Part shown: positions 11,531 to 24,050 of the stretch, piece by piece
Layout of the letters: every line of letters starts with the position of its first letter
Numbering within the stretch: position 1 is the stretch's first letter
NCBI GenBank assembly: GCA_040954595.2
Contig: CM082586.2
Coordinates: forward strand, 7,905,337 to 7,969,336
DNA length: 64,000 nt
Source: Balanoglossus misakiensis
Taxonomy: Eukaryota > Animalia > Hemichordata
Reading direction: 5' to 3'
Translations under genes and position numbers: made by a program
The notes under the pieces: model-generated
The model's database searches: none
Seen by the model: only the letters and a program-made list of their open reading frames with translations
Told to the model about the DNA's origin: nothing

Positions 11531-12489
11531 TTGATGAGCAAGTTTTTAAATGCAAATTGAATGCAGTTTTTATTCCGACTCCTCAAACATTAATGGCATG
11601 GCACCTTTTTTCCATAAAATATGTTCTGCAATTCTTAGTGAGAACTGTCTACTCTACTTATATTAGGTTACGCCACTTATCAACAGGGTTCATGACAAGT
11701 TCGTCTCAACGACTGACGACACAAAAGAGGAGCTGCTCCAGAAACTAGACATTCTGGAAGCAGAGGTGAAAGCCCTGAGAGAAAACCAACAGAGCAGTGG
11801 TAGCAATCCAGCTACCAACAAGGTATTGATCGTTATCTGTCAGAGAAAGGATGTTGGTTTGCCATTTTTAGGGACATTATTTTTAAGAAGTCTCAGGATG
11901 CCCTCAGAGCTATAGTTTTAGTATTTTTTATGTGTTTTCTTTTTTATATATCTGTCAAGTCTATGGGATTTTTATATCATGAAATAAAGAAATATTATTA
12001 TTATTATTACTTTAAACTTGTTTAACACAGAGAAACCATGCCTGTATTATGATGGATATTAGTGAGTGTATCTCAACACATTTCGAAGAGGCAGTCCGCC
12101 GATAGTTATAGAGACATGGCGTAAAAACACACAAGCCATTCAACCCCCAATGAACACGCAAGAGATACGACTGCTCGCAACATTAAGTTGGATATACCAG
12201 GAGTTTGACACACAACATAATACACAATTAGATTAAATGTTACAGCATTTTGCTGATGAATTTATCTTTTTCCTCAGGTTCTGCCCGAGTAGATGACATC
12301 AATCGAGTGACTGGAGGAGAGATGGCATATAGCCTCCAAGATATCATTGAGGAGAGGGAGGAGGAGTTGGGGAGGGAAGTGAGGTGGCAGGAGGAGGAGA
12401 AGCGTCTGAAGCAGGATTTTGCCACAATTCAATTTTGCCTTGACCCATGGGAAATACACTATTGGCAGCATACGACTGGTTAGATGGCG

Positions 12490-12610
12490 ATGTGGAAGGA
12501 GTCTTATCATTATTGTTTTCCGCCTTCTCTTCCGAGTGATGGGCCTTCCTTCCATCGAACTATACCAGAGAGTTCAAACTCTTCAGATTTATGTAGGCAC
12601 TTTCCGGCCA
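12490..12610 (+). pseudogene. Possible DIRS1-like retrotransposon fragment (region downstream of RNase H)
   Basis: VFRLLFRVMGLPSIELY resembles the DIRS F..I...WG.P.IDLFA motif; short and degenerate. Confidence 0.35.
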
Positions 12611-13559
12611 GGGGTTTCACCGAGAGGTAGTTACAGTATATAATTCGGGATAGGTTAGGATATCTCCGACCTGCCAGCACAGATATAGTACTAGTTAGTA
12701 GTAGTGTTACAGCATCTCCACCATTTTAGAGTTTAGTAGTAAGTTCTGCCAAGATTCATTTTCACAGGTCACTGGTGTGACCAGCAGACATGTCATTTTC
12801 ACAGTTGACAAATGCTGTGCCAAATTCCAGTGTAGGAAGTTAATGTTATATTTTGACTATTTGTTATTAAAAGGTGTATTTTGATGAATTGACTTATGTG
12901 TCTGGACACACATACTCAACCTGTGAGGCGTGCAAGTTATTATCCAAAGTATAGAGAGACCACATGATTGAACTTCTGTTATTCAAGGATCTGCACTGAA
13001 GGGAAAATTGGAGTTACAAAGATGACTCACAGATTTTCTGAAAATTAATGACTATGTTGTGCATTATGCAGATACGAATAATGTAACTTTTTACTACCAA
13101 GACATGCACTATTTTAATTTCAGAGAAGGGACTGAACTCGATTAGTGCCTATGGCAACTATTTTTCAGTCCTATTCTCATTGTAAACCAAACAGTTATTT
13201 ATTTTTACTTTCATTGTTTGTTTGATTATGAGAATAAACTATTATTATTATTATTATTAAGGTGATTAAAGGCTTCATACCGATGGCACCCTCAGAACAT
13301 TAGGACTGAGGTCATGCAGATAATGTTTTGGTGCAAAAATGTCTAGATCCAATTGAGACCCTGATTGTAGTGGACTTTAGAAAGAAGAAGCAAAATCGGT
13401 GTTCACAAGTTATATATTTTCTAGGTGTTACAGGTGGTGATAGATTGTGATAATGAGGATACATGTATTGGACAGAGACAAGCATTTTGTGTAAGGGCAA
13501 ACATGTTACTGAGACAATTTCAACATAGTAGTAGTCCAGATGTAAAGAAAGTGCTATTT

Positions 13560-14165
13560 TTGGCATATTGGACTGTTTCGTTGTAATTTCCCCATCTAGA
13601 AATCAATTCCAACAGATCTATCATTATTTACATGTATCAGATGATGATTAACAACAGCCGATAGGACAACCTGGGTATGACAAATTATTCAAAATTAGAC
13701 CGTTTTAAGATCAAATAAATGTGAACTTTTTTGACAATTTTGTTTCTTCCCACGAGGTATCCATCGACGAATCGATCATACCATTCAAGGGAAGACTGTC
13801 CTTCAAAGTATTTATTAGAAACAAGCCCCACAGATTTGGAATCAAAACTTGGGTTTTATCTTAAGCTGAAACTGGGTATGTGAAAAGGCTTCAGATTTAT
13901 CAAGGTCAGTGTTCGGCATTTAGTAAACATGACAAACCTCAATGCGTCTAGGAAACGACAGCACAACAATGACAGAGGGGCATGGACAGACGTTGACGAG
14001 TTAGAGATTAGGGCATTTTTAGGTTTATGTTTGGCCATGGTGTCATCTTTTTACCGACCATAGAAACATACTGTCAGGAAGTAGATTCCAAAAGATCTAT
14101 CGTTACTAGCATGTATCAAAATAAGACCGCTTTTAGATCAAATAAATGTGAATTTTTTTACAACG
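13560..14165 (+). pseudogene. Scrambled piggyBac (PGBD4-like) transposase relic
   Basis: SRNQFQQIYHYLHVSD...YDKLFKIRP...SIDESIIPFKGRLSFKVFIRNKPHRFGIKTWVL*AETGY, followed by an out-of-order N-terminal piece (WTDVDELEIRAFLGLCL) and a second copy of the KIRP segment at ~14118-14165. Confidence 0.9.
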
Positions 14166-14519
14166 AATTGATTGGAAGATTGCCATTGAAAGTATTTAGG
14201 ATTAATCAAATAACATGACTCTAACAAGGCCACCCAGAGACAAGGTCAAAGATGATTTTTTAAAAAGTCCCGTAAGAATTATTCACTTGTGAATTCAACC
14301 GTCTATAAATAAACTGAGATGTTCAATTGATACAGATATCAAATGGTTCACCCCTTGCATCCATTTTCCATACCCCCCCCCCCCCCCCGCATATCAAAAA
14401 GTTTAACCCCTTAGATAGCCCAAATTATATTTTGTGGAGTACTAGTAGGCCTACATGGGAATTCCAACATTTCCTGGTAAATATCACAATTAGCAGCCTA
14501 ATCAATGGCATGTTCTAAA

Positions 14520-15150
14520 ATCGTGGCTTATCAATGTACACAAACGGCAGAAACAAACGGTGCGTTCATTTAGAAAGCCGCGGAATTCGATGATCGATCA
14601 TGCGCGCGCACCTACCAAGATTTTCCACAGAAAAATCATCTATGCTCATAAAACACACTATCCGAACTTTACCATGACTGCACATGAAAATGTGACCGAA
14701 GATCATGTACTGATCTGACGAAGTCAGATCCCGTAAGGAGTACGGTGCCCAGAGTACTAGATCTTCGAGTTAAAAAAAAAACGGAAAAAAACAGTACATT
14801 TCAAAACCGAAACGTGGACATGCATTCGCGTCTACGGCCGCCATCACAAAATATTCTTCCACGATCTCTCACGGGAAGATGAGCTTTTCTCAAGTTCACA
14901 GTGCTATCGTTGGCATCAAGTATGATACAACTAACTCAGGAACAGTCCAGCAACTTTTGGTGTAGTAGCTTTACGGGAATTTCCTCAAGAAAACAGACGC
15001 GGTGTGTGCAGTGACCTTGCAGATGCCTACAACTGCATGTGACTGGCTTTGGACGCGACGCACGATGACTCCTTACACAATCCAAAAGTTTATTGTTCCG
15101 CCGCGTTGGCCGTCGTAATTTTCTGTTTATCGTATTGCGACATTAGCCGT
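14520..15150 (-). promoter_or_regulatory. CpG-enriched promoter-like segment, possibly facing leftward
   Basis: Visibly CpG-rich compared with the flanks. Minus-strand GATGGCGGC (YY1-like core) at ~14837-14845 and a candidate minus-strand donor ATG|GTAAAG at 14672. Confidence 0.35.
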
Positions 15151-16567
15151 GGACTGTGAATATTAAGCCAACTAATAAAATATAGTGCAATAATCTCACA
15201 CTTGCACAAACAGTACTACATTCCATATAACGAATTGATATTACCTAAATCCTGGAGGATTATTTTGTTGCACGCGGAAGTTTATTTTATTATCAAATCA
15301 TGTCAGCTGTCAGTCTGGGCAATAATCCACGAGGTAGCCTCGTCCCAGGACCAACTCCCACATCCTCGATCCCAGTTCCATTTAAACTCCAATAAAACAA
15401 GTGTTATTGTACACGAAAAGTCACCTTCGGTGAAAAGCGACTACTGTACTGTAATTTGTATAGTGGGGTAATTTTTTCATGCGGTTCAGAGATATCTCGT
15501 TTTTATCCGCCCATTTATATTTTACCACCATTTTCAAAAATTGCAATTTCCGTGATTCTAGGCTGCCAGATATTGACCCAAGCCACTCCCTAGGACAGAC
15601 ACTGCCGTACATTTAGTATTCAAATGGGCAGAGATACTTTCCAGTCGGGTAAGCCAACAATGACTTGATTCCCATTGATCAAGTCGGATTTCCTACGGCC
15701 TGGCTCGGCTGAAGCCCCGGCACTCTACGACAGACACCGGAAAACTTCCAATAGACTGGGGTTTATTAACTCTTTACGGACGTTTTCGCGTCATAGTTTC
15801 GCTAGTTGTTTTTTTAAAAAAATCCACAACACATTTTGTATGATAGTTACTACAGCTTGCATTCATGGCAATTCGAGCCAGATATCTCCAAAGTGTTAAG
15901 TTTAAGTTAACACAAAACATCGAGAAAACTGTTTTTGGAAGGAAATTTAAAGTGCTTGTGACTTCAAAGTTGTGTAGGCCTAAACAATGATCACTCTGAA
16001 GTAAACAACTGTTCTCCTATATCTAGGTGTTCAGAAAATATATAGTTTTAGGGGATTCTGAGCTCGAAAGGGACAAAGTCTCTCTCTTGCTGCCCTTTTC
16101 CATTAATTGTGTCTGATACAAGATGATATTCTACATGTTGAACCACACACTTCCATCTCGTTTGTAAGATATGGGAGCAAAAACCTTACCAAAATGAATA
16201 AACGGTAAAGACCGATTATTCACATGGCGAGTTTTTCACTCTCGTGTCTACAAGCGGGACGGTGATTAATCGGTCTTTACCGTTCTTGACATGTACTGTA
16301 AAACAGACAGACACACACGCACACACAGTAATCGCTTAAACATTACCTCACATGATGCACATTGACAAATCATCACTTTCTGATTGTCGTCAGTCTCGCA
16401 ACAAAAAACACGTATCTGCTTTGCTTTGCTGTTTAATCATCCATTATGAATTGTATTGCAGCATCTACAGGTCTAGTTAGGGGAGAATTCACATGCAGCC
16501 TACAATTTAATAATTCTACTTTGCCGATGTTGTGTTAAAATCAATGAGATAAGCTCATATTGGTCAT

Positions 16568-19500
16568 TCAACACCATCCAGGCGTCCATATGCCCCCGTA
16601 ATTGGCTCCGGGGTCAGAGTTGACAAAGTCTAGTTCCGGATAGAACGGTGGTGGCGCTCCATCTGTGATGGCGGCTGCTGCTTGTCGCAACTCTTCCACT
16701 TTTTCGGGCATTTCTCCGGACAGGTCATTTATCTCACGAGGATCATCTGAAAATCAGACAAAGTAATTCAATCTACTGTCTGAGACACTTCGTTAACGAT
16801 GATATTTAATTTAAGTATCCAAAATATATATCATTGAAATTCTAAGCCTACTGAAATTTTCAGTCGCGCTCAGACGCTTGCAACCTCCCATGATGCTGAA
16901 GTTACCATCGGATTTTATAGGTTTAAGGAACTTACACACTTACTCCATTTATTGTCTGTAGTATTGAAATACCGTAATGAATGATGAATAAACTTGATCA
17001 TATCTTTTATATGTAATATTTCTGCACATTGCGCGAATCTGGTACCAAATTCGAAACAGAATTCGATGCTAACTACAGCACGTCGGCTTCCGATCGTAAC
17101 CGGCGCGCACATGCCACATGACAGAAAATATCAGTCCACGTTACCTGCAATGTTAAACAGAAGAGTTGCATTCAGTATGTCAGTATCTGGTACGTCTGGC
17201 ACAGTGACATTGAGGTCGACCAATTCTGGAGGCGCGTAAAATCTATCTGTAAAATATTAAATGAAACAAACAATTAATTTACAACAATATTAATAGAATA
17301 TATCACAGCAAAACTATGTTCTAGGCCTACACGATTAAAATTGGTTTTATCGTGCGTCCCAGAAGACACAAACTTGACTACAACCACCGTGCAATATCTT
17401 TTGCCTTTCCATTTATAAAATATATTTTGCCGAGAGTAGAGTAGCCATTTCGTAACACACAGGATACCACTGTAATAAATTGAAGACAAGAAGGCATAAT
17501 AATAGACAAGAATCCCCATATGTTACAGCACTAAATGTGACATACCCATATAATAACCCATAATAGTATCGCCTGTAACATTCCGCATCGCCGCATAACT
17601 TCCATCTATCAACTTGTAATCACCAACCCTGCAAAATACACACACGTTTATTTGCCAGAGTCTGCAATATCATTGAAGAGGCTAATCAATTGGTGCTAAA
17701 CATTGAGTAGTCAGTCAGCCAATCTATCTATCTATCTGCCTGCCTGCCTGCCTGTCTGTCTGTCTGTCTGTCTGTCTGACTGACTGACTTTCTGTCTGTC
17801 TGTCTGTTTATCTATCTATCTGTCTATCGGTCGATCTATCTCTCTATCTCTCTATCTATTTATTCTTTTATGCAGATTCCATCCATCCATTAAACAATCC
17901 ATTCGTCCATACATCCATTCCTCCCTCCCTCCCTACATCCATACACCCATCCATGTATCCACCGCAGGTAAATACTAAGACACCTTATAGCCGTACAGGG
18001 ACTGACATCGGGGTAATTATCATAGTGTATCAAGAAATGGTTCCTTGGAGATGGTTTTCCCTCTGAAATAGTCTCCCACACATTCTTGCCATCCATGTTC
18101 GGATCTGGTGAGATAGCAAGGTGATACAGGCGTTAATAAACATTTAATGTGCAGGCATGACTCTAAAGAAACATAATATACTTCCATCAATTGAATATGT
18201 CAACAGGAGTTGGAAGGAGAAGTTTTTGATGGTTGGTATTAACCATCACCCAGAATTATTTGATGGAAATGAGCATCAGCACGACACAAAGTAACCTGTC
18301 TAAGCAATAATAATCAGGGGCAAGGCACGCTATATAGCATCTATCAAATTCAAGAATTTCTATGAAAATCAATGTATGGACCTGGAAGCTTTTCGAGGAA
18401 AGGGGCAAAAGGAAAGTACGTAACTTACCAGGTGTACCACCTGCCAGACTGACAAGGGTTGGGTGAATATCGGTCACGTGAATTAATCTGAAATTCAAAA
18501 TGGTTATTGATAAATACGGTTTGCAGACATGTAACTTAAAGTTGTTTACATACTACATTCTGCATGGAAATAGTATAATAATTTTAATATATATACATAT
18601 ACATATACTGTATATACAAAGTATGTGGTTCAACTGGTCCGATACAAAGTGCTCAATACTAAAGTAGAGCGGAATATAAAGTAAGGGTAGTTGGAGAAAT
18701 GAAAGGCGGTATAATATTTTATAACGTTGTTTCGTGAATTACTGGACTAAACTGGCGAAAACACAATTCAAGGGGGAAGACGTAGTTATATGCAGGTACA
18801 CAGGTGGTGGAATGTTGGTTGGCGTGGACAGTTTTGCATAACAATGCATGGACAGTTTTGCATAACAATGTATAGCTGGTGATATGAATGTACATGCAGT
18901 GCCCACGCCCCTACAGCACACCAAAGTGATTTAGTGTGTGGTAAAGTTACCAAATGGGGGTTTTGGTAGTAGAGAGCAGTCTAAAATGTTAAGCTAAGGC
19001 ATATTACTCTTCATTGACGTATCCAGTTTTCTTCAGCAACTTGCCATGCACAAAAGCAGTAGATCGTATACCGCCCTCAAACGGTGTACCCATATTGCCT
19101 CTAAACGGCCACTGTGTTCCCGTACCTCCATAGCCTCCATTCTAAACAAATTGGAACATATGGGTATTATTATACATATGCAATGGCCTTAAATGTGATT
19201 AAAACATTTTCAAATGTGTAACCTGTAAGAGTAATCCATCTGAACTCATCATGCTTTTTATTGCTAGATAATAAGAATGTGTAACATGCCCTACATTTAT
19301 GTTACAAAGTGTCGAAGAAAGAATTTGCAGGTGTGATTATTTTTTAAAAGAAAGCGATGTGACGCTTGATATTTCAAGACATGCGTGTGGGGAGTAGGAA
19401 ATGTGCATAATAGCAACAAACCAGAGAGATATCAAGTAAACAGCATCGCTGAAGGCGAGAACATGGACAAGACTTACATCAGACAGGTAGATCATAATCG

Positions 19501-21109
19501 TGTCATCCCACATTCCACGTTCCATGAAAGTCTTGGTAACATTGTCTACCATTTCATCTACCATTGACATCATTCCTGAAATCCAATATCAATATAATGT
19601 GACTCAGTCATTTTTGTTTTTACAATTGCAAAAAAGCATTATTATATTATATCATGCTACAGGTACTGCCAGGTGGCAGGATATGGTGTGATATGATGGT
19701 GAATGTGTCCTTACCACGATATGTCTGTAGATGGGGAACAGTTGGTGTTGGTTCATACAATTCCTTAAATCGATCAGGAACCTGTAAAGCACAAAAACAG
19801 CTTCTTTTTGTAATCAAGTTCCGGAATCGTGTAACAAACATGTTTGTCCCCTATCCTTAAAATACTTCCGGGTCAACTGATATAGACTTACCTGAAATGG
19901 ATGGTGAGGTAGTAGTATCGGCATGTACAAGAAAAGTGGTGTGTTTGGATTGTGGCGCGACACAATATCGACAGCTCGTTTCGTAAACAGCTCCTGATTA
20001 AAAAAACGACAACAAAGTTATATCTTCAGTCTTGTGAATTTCTGATGGTCGCGAGTTTTGATAATCAATGCAAGATTTTACCAAATTTCCCCAGTATACA
20101 AAAATAATAAAACATCAGCAATCATATAGATGTTTTTTTGAAAAATTTAAAAAATAATAGGGATACCTACACTAAGATGGGTCCCGTTTTCATGCACGAC
20201 GGCACCTGTATTGTCACGGAAATCAGGGTACCTTGCAGGGCTATATCCAGGATTGCCCGTAACTACAAGAAACAAAAAGAAGTGTTTTTCGATTGTGGTG
20301 TGGAGCTTCTTTAACCCAACAACGGGAGAACTCAGCAACCCAGAGATTGCTTATAGTTTTGAAGCAACTCGGACTTCGGAGGGTATTGTTCATTGATCAG
20401 CCGACTCAAATACGGCCTTATAAAAGTGAAGTATTTTGATCAGTTTTCGTTGAGAAGTGGAGTCTTGAAATCGCATATGCAATTTTAGAAATGCATGATA
20501 GTAATTCATAATGTCTGTAAACCTCGGGCTCGAAACCTCGGCATAGAAGATCAATAAATATACGCTTTTATGTTTTTTTTCAGATGTTAACTGCAAGAAG
20601 GGTGATGTAATAACTAACCCAAGTTGTCCACCCTTCCACATGTACACTCGCAACACAATTGAATGACGACATTAATAGGTTGCAAAGTTCTTATAAGAAC
20701 TAAGGTTCGAGAACTGTTCCTTCATAAGCTTCAGGATTACTACTGAAGCGTGACAATAATCTAACTGACATTATACACATTCATTTGCTGAAGGTGATTT
20801 ACTACTGTAAAGGCATCCTTACTATCGTGAGTGTAATAATAAACCATCCCATGGAAGGGTCCGTAGCTTGAATCAAATCCACGGTAGAATGGGGTCACGT
20901 CCCATCGGCATGCCCCAAGATGCCATCTGCATTAAAAAAACAGAAAACGTACATTAACTTGCCCCGTCTATTGCATTATGGCTTTACGTGTAATCACACA
21001 TACATACATACATACATACATACATACATACATACATACATACATACATACATACATACATACATACATACATACATACATACATACATACATACATACA
21101 TACATACAT

Positions 21110-21158
<49 letters not shown>

Positions 21159-21250
21159 TACATACATACATACATACATACATACATACATACATACATA
21201 CATACATACATACAACATGCATGCATGCATGCATGCATGCATGCATGCAT

Positions 21251-21311
<61 letters not shown>

Positions 21312-24050
21312 TACATACATACATACATACATACATACATACATACATACATACATACATACATACATACAACATACATACATACATACATACATACATA
21401 CATACATACATACATACATACATACATACATACATACATACATACATACATACATACATACATACATACATACATACATACATACATACATACATACATA
21501 CATGCATGCACGCACGCATACATACATACATACATGTACATACATATACTCACTTCCCAACCAAGTGAGTTGAATACCCAAGTTCCTTCAGTGCTTCACT
21601 CAATGTTTTGAACTCTCTGGATAAATAGCTCGGCTGAGCTGGCAGAATGATGGCATGCTGAAATGGGAAATATACTTACATTTAATTGGGCTATACTTTA
21701 CGTCACTCTCTTAATCACTAACTTAATACACAAAGAGCTATAAATGACAGTTGAAAATAAGATAGCTTACACCAAGTCCACTTCTGAATGGGTAGTATCC
21801 AGTCATGAGAGCAGCTCTTGTTCTACAAAGGGATGACAAAACTACATTGGAAACAATATTGAGCCAGAGGAGTTTAATTCTACAAATTCTAACAAAACAT
21901 CTTATAGTGTTTTTCTTGCAACTGTAACTGTGCAGATTTCCCCCTTCTATCTCCTACCAGTATATATCCACAAGAAAAAATCGGCAACGTCACTTAAAGG
22001 GGAAATCCGTCGTAGCTGATTTCTACATAATTTGGTAGCTTTGATGTCACTCTTTCAGAAAAAAACATATTCGCCATGTATAGGTCGCGCGATTTTTTAC
22101 AAAATCTAGAGAAAGTTCCAATATGGCGTTTACTGTAATTTGAATCATGGGAAAAAAAGCGCCAGGACCAACTTCCGCCCACCTTAGTGTGGGTGATACC
22201 ATTTTCCGATTGGTGTCACTGCGTCACAAGCTAAGCGTATTTGCATATTTTCGATGGGTTATAGCTCATGAAAACTGTCAATAGATGACAAATTTTCGAC
22301 TTTGCTGATGATTGTTTATCAACTGATGCAAAGAACAAACAATAGCTATGAAAATACGCCTAGTCTGTCGCCCAGTGGCACCTATCGGAGAATGGTATCA
22401 CCCACACCATGGTGGGCGGAAGTTGGTCCTGGCGCTTTTTTTCCCATGATTCAAATTACAGTAAACGCCATATTGGAAATTCTGCCAACTTTCCCTAGAT
22501 TTTGTAAAAAATCGCGCGACCTATACATGGCGAATATGTTTTTTTCTGAAAGAGTGACATCAAAGCTACCAAATTATGTAGAAATCAGCTACAACGGATT
22601 TCCCCTTTAATTTTTCCGTTTGCATTTTCAACTCATAGTATGCTTATGTACACGGTTAGGAACTTGAATTGAAATGAATGGAACTGACTAGTGTGATTGC
22701 TTTCATCTCTAATATACCAAGAAATATATTAAGGCAATGTTCCACTTTACCTGCATTTGTGTGCAAGGAGCCATATAGCCAATTACATTTCTTAAAGCCA
22801 CTAAGTAAATAAATTTGTGAATTCTACATACGGTGCGCAAATGGGCTGTACATAGGTCTGATTCAAAATAACCCCACTTCTGGCCAAACTTTCCAGCACT
22901 GGCGTTTTCATAACTCCAATCTGATCATTCCATGAAACGTCAGCGTAGCCTGCCAAATGAAACGTGAACACAAACTTATCTGACCCATATGATTATAATT
23001 TGTTCTGATTTTCTTTCTTTTGTTTCGTACTTACTGAACAAGATCAGTATTTTTCAATGTGAGATATTTGAACAAAAACTGTATAGTATGTTTTCTAACC
23101 ATGCAAATTATATTCTTAAATATGAAAACAGGGAGTCACTTGAAAAATAATGATAGATGTCTTTTGTTGCAATCATATACACTTGTAAACTTGATGAACT
23201 GTTGAGCCAAAGACTCTTCATACACTGTTGCTGACCATTACATCAGGTAAACTCTTGTCATTATATAATTATGCTGAAATATACAGTAGGAACATTATAA
23301 TTCATAGAAATTCAAATGAAGGATACCTATATTACTTAACAATGATATTTACCTGAATTATCAGTCATGATTAAGAATATATGTGGTTGTTTCTGTAACA
23401 AGAATAATAAACAAATACACATACATGTATCAATTTCATTGCTGTGAATCTTGACATCACTTTAGCATTTGTGCTTACACATTTTGTATGCCAGGTTGAG
23501 TTTGGTGTTTGGTCTAACGTTGAACTCCTGTTTTGATATGTGATCATGCAGGTAACCATCAAACATGTTTGAATTAGCTATCAGGGTGTTGTAAGCACAG
23601 TGTAGTACTCAACATACACTGATAACCATGAAGCCTAATGGGTGATATTCGAGAAACTCCCGAAATATGAATGTGCACAATTGCAATCTCTTGCATATAA
23701 TGCAATCAGACCAAAAAGTATGTTATAGAAATTTATCAGTACCTTTTCTGGGGTCTTCTCTTCTCGGGATGATGAAAAACTGAGGCTCCTTTCCTCTGTA
23801 CATGGAAAAAAAGTTAGTAAAACATAATAATATCAAGTCCACTTACAGCTGTACTATTTAAATTACACAATATATTCAGATGCTTTCAGGCATGTACAGG
23901 TCAACACGAGAAGCAATAACACACACAATTCGCATATTTCCCAAGTCAGCCTAATAACTCAGTCAGTCTCACTACCTTACCATGTTTTGGACTGGCTATG
24001 GTCGTATGACAGATAACTAAGAGGAGAACGAATCGCAGAATAGCTGCCAT
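16568..24050 (-). CDS. Arylsulfatase B/I/J-like secreted or lysosomal sulfatase, 17 coding exons, 525 aa
   Basis: Exons 23981-24050, 23743-23795, 23353-23392, 22832-22949, 21771-21822, 21554-21657, 20823-20926, 20171-20262, 19892-19993, 19715-19781, 19478-19575, 19008-19141, 18429-18487, 17984-18104, 17546-17628, 17145-17246, 16568-16746; total 1578 nt with consistent phases. Signal peptide MAAILRFVLLLVICHTTIA, CAPTRAALMTG, GYSTHLVGKWHLG, RGFD, SDNGG, and C-terminal WTPGWC. Confidence 0.92.
17722..17860. repeat. Compound tetranucleotide microsatellite (TCTA/TGCC/TGTC)
   Basis: Directly visible. Confidence 0.9.
20998..21548. repeat. Long compound microsatellite (TACA)n/(CA)n/(TGCA)n in a sulfatase intron
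   Basis: Directly visible; explains the HTYI/MYVC ORFs. Confidence 0.97.
21994..22610. mobile_element. Kolobok-type non-autonomous foldback MITE
   Basis: TTAA|AGGGGAAATCCGT...ACGGATTTCCCCT|TTAA. Inverted arms of more than 200 bp, nearly identical in the outer part. Confidence 0.9.

Noticed and set aside
20920-21611. HTYI/MYVC repeat ORFs
   Set aside because: Translations of a (TACA)n microsatellite inside a sulfatase intron.
21994-22610. Two similar ORFs on opposite strands
   Set aside because: Artefact of the MITE's inverted arms.
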